From assembly GCA_965223905.1 (NCBI GenBank), contig CBDCXV010000010.1, positions 96,001 to 160,000 of the forward strand: a stretch of DNA of 64,000 nucleotides. Reading direction: 5' to 3'. The notes beneath the pieces are model-generated. The model worked only from the letters and a program-made list of their open reading frames with translations, did not search any database and was not told where the DNA came from. Numbering within the stretch: position 1 is the first letter of the stretch; each line of letters starts with the position of its first letter. Both the position numbers and the translations under genes were made by a program. This stretch comes from Candidatus Latescibacterota bacterium. Its GTDB lineage: Bacteria; Latescibacterota; UBA2968; UBA8231. Shown here one piece after another: positions 1-8,300 of the stretch.

Positions 1-468
1 GACGACGGCCAGCACGTCCGACGTCGTGATCCTGTCCACCGGCTTGCTGCCGAGCTTGGGCATGGCGTACTCGCCGAGACTCTTGCGCCAGTTTTCCTCC
101 GAGCGGCCCCCCTCCCTCCAGGTCTCGGCGTGAATCCGGATGACGGCCTCGGCCGCGGCGGCGAAGGTGGGAACGCGGGAGGCGGCGCGTTGGGCGCGGG
201 GGTCTGAGCCCTGCTCGACGGCGCGGCGATTCTCCAGCGCCTTGTCCCGAGCTTCTTTGAGCGTCACCAGCGGATACGGTCCGAGCCCGACGTTGGTCAG
301 CTTCCCGTCGATGTTCAGCCGCTGGCTCCACGTCTTGGACAGCCGCCCGTTGTCCTCCCTGGGCTTGACCAGCAGCGAGAGCCCGAAGCCGCCGCGCCCG
401 TCGCCGTAGCGGCCGGACCGGTTCACGTTTCGCACGAAGGTTGCCGAGAGCATTTTGGGGCGTTTCAT
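1..468 (-). CDS. Tyrosine recombinase/integrase, P4-like, N-terminal arm-DNA-binding region (runs off window edge)
   Basis: Not in ORF track. Manual translation from ATG at 468: MKRPKMLSATFVRNVNRSGRYGDGRGGFGLSLLVKP...GLGPYPLVTLKEARDKA...DPRAQR...PTFAAAAEAVI, matching the DG-GL-L, LG-YP-V-L-EAR and TF motifs of Arm-DNA-bind_3 integrases; AGGAGG RBS upstream. Confidence 0.9.
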   Translation of the reverse strand, partial: MKRPKMLSATFVRNVNRSGRYGDGRGGFGLSLLVKPREDNGRLSKTWSQRLNIDGKLTNVGLGPYPLVTLKEARDKALENRRAVEQGSDPRAQRAASRVPTFAAAAEAVIRIHAETWREGGRSEENWRKSLGEYAMPKLGSKPVDRITTSDVLAVV

Positions 469-598
469 GGGTCGATTTCCTCCTTGTTGACGTCCGTGGG
501 TTACGCACCACGTTATCACAAAATTATCACTATGTCAAGGAATCTTATGAAACGTAAGGAAACCACGAATCAGCCGTAAACGCCTGAAATACAGTCGA

Positions 599-3500
599 TT
601 ACAGAAACGCTACGGTAGGGTAAGAAATGGTATGAAATGCCAAAACAGTGGACAGGTCTTCGACCTTTGAGCCGTCGAGGTGGGCGCGCTGGATCTTGTC
701 GGCGCCGCTGTCGGTCCAGTACATGCGGCCGCTGTCCCGGTCGAGGGCGAGGTCCCGGGGCTGCATGAGCCCGGTGACCAGGGTGCGAATGTCGCTGCCG
801 TCGAGCTCAGCCCGCTGGATGCGGTCGGTGCGCGCGTCGGTCCAGTAGAGCCAGGGCACGGCGAGCGGGGGCTCGTTGGAGGCCTGCACGGTGACGGAAA
901 ACGTCTGGGTTGCCTGCAGGCCCCCCGGGTCGCGGGCGGTCACGGTGACGGCGGTCTCGCCGACGGCCAGCAGCCGTAGAGTCACCAGGGAGTCGGCGGC
1001 TTCCGCCGTGGCCACCGCTTCGTCGCCGGAGGAGGCCGTGTAGGTCAGGGCGTCTCCGTCCGGGTCGCTGCCGAAAAGCTCGAAGCTCAGCGAGTCGCCG
1101 GTTGCCGCGGTGCGGTCCGCCAGCGGCTCCAGGGCAGGGGCCTGGTTGTCCGTGGACAAAGTCCGAACCAGGGCCAGGCCCCGGGGGCTCTGCAGGCCCT
1201 CGGTCACCAGGTCTTCGATTTCGCTGCCGTCGAGGTTGGATCGCTGGATGCGGTCGCTGCTGCTGTCGGCCCAGTAGAGCTTGCCCGCGGCCGTATCGAG
1301 GGCCAGGCCCCGGGGCGTGCGCAAACCGGTGGTGACGAGATCCTCGACTTGAGAGCCGTCGAGCTCAGCGCGCTGGATCTTGTCGGTGCCGTTGTCGCTC
1401 CAGTAGAGCTTGCCGCTTGTCTGATCGAGGGCCAGGCCTCGCGGGATCTGCAAACCGGTGGTGACCAGGTCCTCGATTTGAGAGCCGTCGAGGTTGGCCC
1501 GCTGGATCTTGTCGGCGCCGCTGTCGGTCCAGTAGAGCTTGCCGCCGGCCGCGTCCAGGGCCAGGCCCAACGGGGTCCGCAGGCCGGTGACGAGGTCCTC
1601 GATTTCGGTTCCGTCGAGGTTGGACCGTTGAATCCGGTCGGTGCCGTTGTCCGTCCAGTAGAGCTTGCCGGCGACTGCGTCGAGGGCCAGAGCCAGGGGG
1701 ATCCGCAGGCCGGTGGTCACCAGGTCCTCCACTTCGGAGCCGTCGAGGTTGGCCCGCTGGATGCGGTCGCTGCCGTAGTCGCTCCAGTAGAGCTTTCCGG
1801 CCGCCTGATCCACGGCCAGGCCGCGCGGATTGACCAGGCCGCTGTCGACGACGTCCTCCACCCCGGAGCCGTCCAGGTGAGACCGCTGAATCCGGTCGCT
1901 GCCCGCGTCCGTCCAGTAGAGCCGGTTGACGGCCCCGAGGCTTCCGGCCCCGACGACGAGCACGGCGAAGCGCTGCACCGCCTCCAGGCTCTCCGGGTCG
2001 CGGGCGGTCGCGGTGATCGTGGCCCGGCCCATCGCCAGTGCGTAGACCGTCAGCAGAGAATCAGCCACCTCGACCCGGGCTACCGCCTCGCTGCCTGATG
2101 AAGCCGTGTAGGTCAGGGCGTCGCCGTCCGGGTCGCTGCCGGCTGCCACGACAGTCAGGGTGTCGCCGGCGGCCGCGGTCCGGTCCGCCAGCGGCCCCAG
2201 GACCGGGGCCCGGTTGCCGGCGGCGGCCACGGTCCGGGCCAGGGCCAGGCCCCGCGGACTCAGCAGACCCTCGGTCACCAGGTCTTCGATTCCGGAGCCG
2301 TCGAGGTTGGACCGCTGGATCTTGCCGGTGCCGCTGTCCGTCCAGTAGAGCTTGCCCGCCTCCGCGTCGAGAGCCAGGCCCCGGGGACTTTCCAGACCCT
2401 CCCTCACCAGCTCTTCCACCTCGGAGCCGTCGAGATTCGCCCGCCGGATCTGGTCGGTGCCGTTGTCCGTCCAGTAGAGCTTGCCGCCGGCTGCGTCCAC
2501 GGCCAGCCCCCGGGGAAGGTCCAGGCCGGTGGTCACCAGGTCCTCGATTTCGCTGCCGTCGAGGTTGGACCGCTGAATCTTGTCGGCGCCGCTGTCGGTC
2601 CAGTAGAGCTTGCCCGCGGCTGCGTCCAGGGCCAGGCTCAACGGCGTCTGCAGGCCGGTGACCAGGTCCTCGATTTCGGAGCCGTCGAGGTTGGACCGCT
2701 GAATCTTGTCGCTGCCGTTGTCCGTCCAGTAGAGCTTGCCGGCGACCGTGTCCAAGGCCAGCCCCAGGGGGATGCGCAGTCCCTCGGTGACCAGGTCTTC
2801 CACCTGAGAGCCGTCGAGGTTGGACCGCTGGATGCGGTCGCTGCCGTAGTCGGTCCAGTAGAGCTTGCCGGCCGCTGAGTCCACGGCCAGGCCGCGCGGG
2901 TTGACCAGACCGCTGTCGACCACGTCCTCCACCCCGGAGCCGTCCAGGTTTGCGCGCTGAATGCGGTCGCCGTCCGCGTCCGTCCAGAAAAGCATCGAGG
3001 CCTCCGCCCCGGCCCCGATCGGAGCACCGATCCCTTCCGGAAGCGACGGATCGGACGGGTCGGCGTGGTAGGCCTCGATCAGCCGGGCGTCGGCCAGATC
3101 GACCTGGCCGTCCCGGTTGACGTCCCCCAGGGTGAGGACGCCGTTGGCAAGGGACAGGGTCGGATCCTCGCTGTACGAGGCGATCAGCAGGGCGTCGGCG
3201 AGATCGACCCGGCCGTCCCGGTTGACGTCGCCCAGCAGACCCCCGGAGGCCATCTTGCCGCGGGGCAGGGATGACAGCGGCTGAACCTGGATCTCGACCG
3301 GACCGGCCCCCACCCGGAAGGCCGGGTCGACATAGGGGACCAGCCCCGGCCCCGAGACCGTCAGCCCGTAGACCGGCCCCTCGCCGCGGGCCGCAGCCCT
3401 CGCCCCGCCCGAACCCCCTCCACCCGCCGCAACCACCGGGCCGTCCAGCAGCACCATCGACCGCGTCAGACGCTCCCCGCCCCCAAGAAGCCGGTACAGA

Positions 3501-4048
3501 TACACCCCCGAGCCCACCCCCCGCCCCGAAGCGTCGGTCGCGTCCCAGATCGCCGTGTGAAAACCGGCCGGCCGCTCCCCGTCCACCAGGGTCGCCACCC
3601 GCTGACCCAGAATGTTGAACACCTCCAGGCGCACCCGGGTTGCCGCCGGCAGCTGATACGGGATGATCGTCGAGGGATTGAACGGGTTGGGGTAGTTCTG
3701 ACCCAGGCGCAGGCGCGCCGGCAGCGGCGCGGCACGGCGCAGCGCCTTCAGGGGAAAGGCGAAATAGCCGCTCTCATCGGTGGTGACCCGCAGCGAGCGC
3801 CCCAGCTCGGCGAACAGCCGCACCCGGGCTCCGCCAGCCGGAGCCCCCGAAGACAGAAGCACCCGACCCTCCAGCAGCGGCTCGGCGGCGGCGGCGGCCC
3901 CGGCGCCTGACCCCGGTCCCGTGAGGCAGCCGAGCACCGCCAGCAGCCATCCGAAACCGCCGGCACCCGGGAAAGAGGCCGGGGAGCGCCGGGCCGCCAG
4001 GGTGCGGGAGGTATCGATGGGGTTCTCCAGTCGCAAGGTCGGCCGCAT
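599..4048 (-). CDS. Large secreted LDL-receptor class B (YWTD) repeat protein with FlgD-Ig, dockerin-like and cadherin/Ig-like domains; apparently 3'-truncated
   Basis: Hydrophobic N-terminal segment; GQNYPNPFNPST...GVYLYRL (FlgD-Ig); two GDVNRDG-VDLADA repeats; 14 YWTD-type repeats (6+6+2); two N-AP...SDPDGDALTY Ig-like domains; last ~17 residues are unrelated AT-rich read-through. Confidence 0.9.
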   Translation of the reverse strand: MRPTLRLENPIDTSRTLAARRSPASFPGAGGFGWLLAVLGCLTGPGSGAGAAAAAEPLLEGRVLLSSGAPAGGARVRLFAELGRSLRVTTDESGYFAFPLKALRRAAPLPARLRLGQNYPNPFNPSTIIPYQLPAATRVRLEVFNILGQRVATLVDGERPAGFHTAIWDATDASGRGVGSGVYLYRLLGGGERLTRSMVLLDGPVVAAGGGGSGGARAAARGEGPVYGLTVSGPGLVPYVDPAFRVGAGPVEIQVQPLSSLPRGKMASGGLLGDVNRDGRVDLADALLIASYSEDPTLSLANGVLTLGDVNRDGQVDLADARLIEAYHADPSDPSLPEGIGAPIGAGAEASMLFWTDADGDRIQRANLDGSGVEDVVDSGLVNPRGLAVDSAAGKLYWTDYGSDRIQRSNLDGSQVEDLVTEGLRIPLGLALDTVAGKLYWTDNGSDKIQRSNLDGSEIEDLVTGLQTPLSLALDAAAGKLYWTDSGADKIQRSNLDGSEIEDLVTTGLDLPRGLAVDAAGGKLYWTDNGTDQIRRANLDGSEVEELVREGLESPRGLALDAEAGKLYWTDSGTGKIQRSNLDGSGIEDLVTEGLLSPRGLALARTVAAAGNRAPVLGPLADRTAAAGDTLTVVAAGSDPDGDALTYTASSGSEAVARVEVADSLLTVYALAMGRATITATARDPESLEAVQRFAVLVVGAGSLGAVNRLYWTDAGSDRIQRSHLDGSGVEDVVDSGLVNPRGLAVDQAAGKLYWSDYGSDRIQRANLDGSEVEDLVTTGLRIPLALALDAVAGKLYWTDNGTDRIQRSNLDGTEIEDLVTGLRTPLGLALDAAGGKLYWTDSGADKIQRANLDGSQIEDLVTTGLQIPRGLALDQTSGKLYWSDNGTDKIQRAELDGSQVEDLVTTGLRTPRGLALDTAAGKLYWADSSSDRIQRSNLDGSEIEDLVTEGLQSPRGLALVRTLSTDNQAPALEPLADRTAATGDSLSFELFGSDPDGDALTYTASSGDEAVATAEAADSLVTLRLLAVGETAVTVTARDPGGLQATQTFSVTVQASNEPPLAVPWLYWTDARTDRIQRAELDGSDIRTLVTGLMQPRDLALDRDSGRMYWTDSGADKIQRAHLDGSKVEDLSTVLAFHTISYPTVAFL
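655..2995 (-). repeat. Intragenic nested repeats: ~126-129 nt YWTD units inside a 1071-nt propeller+Ig module
   Basis: First-blade GTCCAG(T/A)A anchors at 840, 1911 and 2982 are each 1071 nt apart; CCAGTAGAGCTTGCC recurs throughout. Confidence 0.9.
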
Positions 4049-4120
4049 GCAGGACCGGGATTGCCGAAGCCCCAGCAGGAACGCACCGGGGGGCCTGCGC
4101 GTTTAGATCCTGTATGGGCG

Positions 4121-4136
4121 TGCAAAGACTGTGCCA
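4121..4136 (-). promoter_or_regulatory. Sigma54 (RpoN) -24/-12 promoter for the YWTD gene
   Basis: Minus strand reads TGGCAC-AGTCT-TTGCA, matching TGGCAC-N5-TTGCA, about 70 nt upstream of the ATG at 4048. Confidence 0.8.
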
Positions 4137-4278
4137 TCTGGGAAGAAATTGAGCTAACTACTTGCAGATAAAGGGGTTGAAGAAATTCAGGAGAAGCCGG
4201 GGAAAAGGGGTCGAGTGTCGCATTTTGAAACATTCCTGCGCCTGCCCCGGGGGTCGCCTGAAGGGGAGTCAACTGTTC

Positions 4279-4291
4279 AACCAACTGTTTA
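4279..4291 (+). promoter_or_regulatory. Possible IHF site
   Basis: AACCAA-CTGT-TTA versus WATCAA-N4-TTR (one mismatch), in an AT-rich patch between the sigma54 promoter and the enhancer dyad. Confidence 0.35.
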
Positions 4292-4331
4292 TAAACGGGT
4301 TATATAAACCAGGGGGCGGCAGACAGGGCCC

Positions 4332-4371
4332 TGTGACGCAATATGAGACACGTGTCTCAACTTGCGACACA
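4332..4371. promoter_or_regulatory. Tandem palindromic enhancer (candidate UAS for an enhancer-binding protein)
   Basis: 40-bp dyad TGTGACGCAA-TA-TGAGACACGTGTCTCA-AC-TTGCGACACA, resolving into two 17-bp sites TGACGCA-N3-TGAGACA and TGTCTCA-N3-TGCGACA about 200 bp upstream of the sigma54 promoter. Confidence 0.65.
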
Positions 4372-4563
4372 AAGGGGAACGGCAGGAAGTGGGCCCGCGC
4401 GGTCGAATTCTCGGAGGGGAGGGCCCGCATCCGCAGCCCGCCGACAGGCAGACAGCCCGGCCGGGGGGAACAGCAGCAACCAGGGCAAGGGGCCGGCGTC
4501 GCACCCGGCCGAAAGGCGGTCCGCGAAACCCGGCAGCCCCTCCTCGACGGACTCGAGAAGGGC

Positions 4564-4725
4564 TGCGACGAGTACTGGATCCTGTTCTCCCGGCAGCGGC
4601 GTCGCCGTATCGAAAGGAAGAGGTACGAGGTGTCCGCAGGGGACGGCGTGGCCACCGGGATGGGGCACCACCACGACTTCCCGCCCGTTCACGAGCCGGT
4701 GCGGGCCGTCTATTCCGAGACCACA
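4564..4725 (+). pseudogene. Cupin-domain gene fragment
   Basis: CDEYWILFS / GSGVAVSKG / KRYEVSAGDGVATGMGHHHDFP: cupin motifs (E-W...G-G and V-aGD...G--H) joined through two compensating frameshifts; no intact start or end. Confidence 0.55.
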
Positions 4726-4730
4726 CCGGT

Positions 4731-5831
4731 TCAACCGCCTGACAACAGCTCCTCCAGCCGGCGGGCGACGATCTCAGCCTCCCCCTCTTCCATCAGGTGG
4801 GCCGCCACCGTGACACCTTCCACCGAGGCGCTCAGCTCTATGCGGGGATCCCCTGCGGACAGCTTCCGCTCGACTTCGGCCGGGTCGACGCCCACGGCCT
4901 CGGGGTCCCATGTGATCTCGAGAAGCGGGGCGACGTTTGAGCGCCCGGGCTGGCGGATGCTCGTCCCCACCGTATCGACAGCCTCGACCGCGGCCGCAAC
5001 GGTCGCCAGGCGGCGCTCCCATTGCCGCCACTCCCCCTCGTGGTCCCGCGCGACCCACTGTTCGACCGCGGCCAGCAGACCCATCACTTCTTCCTTGCTC
5101 GCCTTCATCGGCCGCCCGATCGAGTGGTGGGGGGCCCCGTTGAGGAAGGCGGCCTGCAGCAGCTCCCTGCGGCCGAGAACCAGCCCGGACGACTGCGGGC
5201 CGCGCAGGCACTTGCCGCCGCTGTAGGCCACGGCGTCGACGCCGTCGGCGAGGTACCTGTTGGGGACGTCAGGCCGCTCCGCGGCGGCGTCGACGAACGA
5301 GGGGATGCCGCGGGCCTTTCCGCAGGCGGCCATCTCCGCCACGGAGATCTCGCCGCGGTCGGCCGCGTCCCCCATCATCAGCAGCAGGGCGGTGCGGGCC
5401 CCCACTGCCCGCTCGAGCTCCTCCCTGGTGCGCACCTCGACCATCTTCACCCCGACGGCGCGCACTGCGTGGTCGTACACGTGGCGATGGCTGGGCTGCA
5501 CGATCACCTCGTTCTTCATGCCGGCGGTGTCGGGCAGGCGCGCGATCTTCTCCGGGTCCCCGCCGGCCACCGCCGCGGCCGTCACCTGCGCGAGCGCCGC
5601 GGCGCATCCGTTGACCACCAGTCCCCACTCGCATTGCATGAGCCCGGAGATACGACTGCCGACCGCTTCGGCCAGCTCGTCGAGGTGGACGTAGCTCCGG
5701 GACGCGGCCGCCATCGCCGCACGCACCTCCGGCAGCAGCAGCGAGCCGCTGATGATGGTGTAGTAGCCGCGGCAGTTGATGAGCGGCCTGACGCCGATGG
5801 TGCCGTACGAGGGAAACTGGAGATCGCTCAT
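4731..5831 (-). CDS. SelA-like/DgaE-family PLP-dependent enzyme
   Basis: INCRGYYTIISGS, VNGCAAAL, FVDAAAE, YSGGKCLRGPQSSG (PLP lysine), IGRPMKASKEE. Confidence 0.85.
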   Translation of the reverse strand: MSDLQFPSYGTIGVRPLINCRGYYTIISGSLLLPEVRAAMAAASRSYVHLDELAEAVGSRISGLMQCEWGLVVNGCAAALAQVTAAAVAGGDPEKIARLPDTAGMKNEVIVQPSHRHVYDHAVRAVGVKMVEVRTREELERAVGARTALLLMMGDAADRGEISVAEMAACGKARGIPSFVDAAAERPDVPNRYLADGVDAVAYSGGKCLRGPQSSGLVLGRRELLQAAFLNGAPHHSIGRPMKASKEEVMGLLAAVEQWVARDHEGEWRQWERRLATVAAAVEAVDTVGTSIRQPGRSNVAPLLEITWDPEAVGVDPAEVERKLSAGDPRIELSASVEGVTVAAHLMEEGEAEIVARRLEELLSGG

Positions 5832-5996
5832 GTCTTGTGGGTTCGTCCTTCCGGGGGCATTTGATGAGCGGCGGAATCCCGATGGGACGTCACCTGAAAA
5901 TCCGGAGATCCCTCGTCTCAGGTGCGTTCCGTTCTGCCGGCGGCAGTTAGTCAGCGTCCTGACCGGGAACGCCGCGGATGGAAAGCCGCAGGTCGC

Positions 5997-6575
5997 TCAT
6001 GCCGCTTCTCCGGCCGGATCCATCTCCATGAAGTAGTAGCAGATCACGTGCATCAGCACGGTGTGGAGATCCTCGACGCGGCCCATGTGGTGGCTTTCGA
6101 CGACAACGGCCAGGTCGGCCGCTCCGGCCAGCCTGCCTCCCCCGAACCCGGTCCAGCCGATCGTCCGCATCCCCAGCTCCCGGGCGGCGGCCACGGCGTT
6201 TAGTACGTTGGCGCTGTTTCCGGAGCCGGAGATCGCGATCAGCAGGTCGTCCGCTTCCCCGAGGTTGCGCAGCTGCTCGGCGAAGATCGAGCCGTAGTCG
6301 ACGTCGTTGGCCAGCGCCGTCATCCAGGGGACGTTGTCGGTCAGGGCGGTGACCCGGAAGCGCTGCTGGCGCGGCCGGCCGAGGCTGGCCCCCTTGCCGA
6401 GGTCGTTGGCCATGTGGCTCGCCGTGGCGGCGCTGCCGCCGTTGCCGCACAGGAAGATGCGGCTGCCCCGGTGGCGGGCCGCGGCGATCTCCATGCGGCA
6501 GCTTTCAACGGCCTCGAGGTCCAGGGCCGCAAGCGCCCCCTGCAACTCGCCGAGATAGTTGCGAAGATGGTCCAT
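5997..6575 (-). CDS. gmhA: Phosphoheptose isomerase (SIS domain)
   Basis: CGNGGSAATASH, TALAND, ISGSGNSANV, VEDLH motifs. Confidence 0.85.
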   Translation of the reverse strand: MDHLRNYLGELQGALAALDLEAVESCRMEIAAARHRGSRIFLCGNGGSAATASHMANDLGKGASLGRPRQQRFRVTALTDNVPWMTALANDVDYGSIFAEQLRNLGEADDLLIAISGSGNSANVLNAVAAARELGMRTIGWTGFGGGRLAGAADLAVVVESHHMGRVEDLHTVLMHVICYYFMEMDPAGEAA

Positions 6576-6591
6576 GGCCGTGCCATCCCCC

Positions 6592-7995
6592 TCAGATATT
6601 GAGCGCCTCTCCGAAGGCCTCGGCGGCCGCTTCCATCACTGCCTCGGAAAGGGTCGGGTGGGCGTGAACCGCGGTGGCGAACTCCTCCCAGGTCGCTTCG
6701 ATCTTCTTCCCGAGGGTCACCTCGGCGATCAGCTCGGTCGCCTCGGCGCCGATGATCGAAGCCCCCGCCAGCTCTCCGTACTCCTCGTCGAACACCAGCT
6801 TCACCATGCCCTCGGTCTCTCCGGCGGCCCGCGCCTTGCCGCTGGCGGCGAAAGGAAAGCGGCCGACCTTGACCTCGAGCCCCCGGGCCCTGGCCTCCGC
6901 CTCGGTCAGCCCGACGCTGGCGACCTGGGGCTGGCAGTAGGTGCAGCTCGGTACGCTCTCCGGGTCGACCTCGGGGCGTTGCCTTCCCGCGATGAACTCG
7001 ACCGCGGCGACCGCTTCTGCCGAGGCGGCGTGGGCGAGCTGCGGCGCGCCGACGACGTCGCCGATGGCGTAGATCCCCTTGACATTGGTCTCCATGCGGC
7101 CGTTGACGGCGATCTGGCCGCGACTGGTCCTGACGCCGTTCGCCTGAAGTCCCAGACCCTCGACGTTGCCCGTCACCCCGACCGCCATCAGCACCAGGTC
7201 GGCGTCGACTTCCCCCTCCTCGCCCGCATCCCGGAAGGAGACGCGCATCCCCTTCCCGCTCTCGGCCACACCGGTCACCGACACCCCGGTGCGCAGGTCG
7301 ATCCCCTCCGCGGACAGGCTTTTCGCCAGGATTCCGGCGACCTCCTCGTCCTCGCGCGGCAGCACCTGACCCTCCGCCTCCAGCAGGTGGACCTGGGAGC
7401 CGAAGGCGTTGAAGAACCAGGCGAACTCCGTGCCGATCGCCCCGGCCCCGATGATGGCGATACGGTCCGGACGCTTCTCGAGCACCATGGCCTCGCGGCT
7501 GGAGATCACCCTCTTCCCGTCGATCTCCACCCCGGGAATCGAGCGTGGACTGCCGCCGGTCGCCAGGATGACGCTGGCCGCCTCCAGGGTTTCGGTCCCG
7601 TCCGGGGATTCCACGGCCACCTTTTTTCCGGGGGTGAGCCTGCCGCGGCCGCGGAAAACGGCGACGCGGTTCTTCTTCATCAGGAATCTCACGCCCCTCG
7701 CCAGGCCCCCGGAGATCTCCCGGCTTCTCGCGATCAGCCGGTCCCAGTCGTAGCCGACCTCCCCTACCGTCAACCCGAACTCATCGGCGCGCTGGATCAG
7801 CCGGTAGAGCTCGGCCTGCTTCAGCAGCGCCTTGGTCGGAATGCAGCCCCAGTTGAGGCACACCCCCCCGAGTTCAGGCTCGGCCTCCACGAGGGCGGCC
7901 TTCAGCCCGAGCTGCGAGGCCCGTATCGCCGCGGTGTACCCGCCCGGTCCGCCGCCGATGACGGCGACGTCGAATCCCTTGTCCTTTTCAGCCAT
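6592..7995 (-). CDS. lpdA: Dihydrolipoyl dehydrogenase
   Basis: GGGPGGY, GGVCLNWGCIPTK redox disulfide, GAGAIG, HAHPTLSE. Confidence 0.96.
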   Translation of the reverse strand: MAEKDKGFDVAVIGGGPGGYTAAIRASQLGLKAALVEAEPELGGVCLNWGCIPTKALLKQAELYRLIQRADEFGLTVGEVGYDWDRLIARSREISGGLARGVRFLMKKNRVAVFRGRGRLTPGKKVAVESPDGTETLEAASVILATGGSPRSIPGVEIDGKRVISSREAMVLEKRPDRIAIIGAGAIGTEFAWFFNAFGSQVHLLEAEGQVLPREDEEVAGILAKSLSAEGIDLRTGVSVTGVAESGKGMRVSFRDAGEEGEVDADLVLMAVGVTGNVEGLGLQANGVRTSRGQIAVNGRMETNVKGIYAIGDVVGAPQLAHAASAEAVAAVEFIAGRQRPEVDPESVPSCTYCQPQVASVGLTEAEARARGLEVKVGRFPFAASGKARAAGETEGMVKLVFDEEYGELAGASIIGAEATELIAEVTLGKKIEATWEEFATAVHAHPTLSEAVMEAAAEAFGEALNI

Positions 7996-8300
7996 TTTCG
8001 CCCGCTTCCAACGCTGTTTTCCGGTGTCGAGGAGTCGGACAATCTAAGGGCTGGGCAGTCTGCGTGCATTGCGATCTCCCGTGGGTGTCTTCCTGGAATA
8101 GCACCCCATGGCTCCCCGACATCCCCTGCTGACTGGCTGGCCGAATAGGCTTTAAAAAACCGTCCAACCGCAGGGTTGTCCGGGATCGTCCTAGAGGCCG
8201 GTCCGTTTCAGCCGGTGCTGTTTGGTTGGATATAGATTGCCCTGGGGGTGGACTGGGCAGACTGAACCAGCCCCAAATCCTGAGGGATGCGCCGGACATT

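Noticed and set aside
655-2995. Regularly spaced near-identical DNA repeats as a CRISPR array
   Set aside because: Units are in-frame coding repeats with homologous intervening sequence; no unique spacers and no cas genes.
4731-5831. True selenocysteine synthase selA
   Set aside because: Shorter than SelA, lacks its N-terminal domain, and no selB/selC nearby; fits the SelA-like/DgaE group.
8000-8300. Lower-GC intergenic stretch as ncRNA or small gene
   Set aside because: No recognisable RNA motif and the 103-aa ORF lacks coding character; probably the lpdA promoter region.
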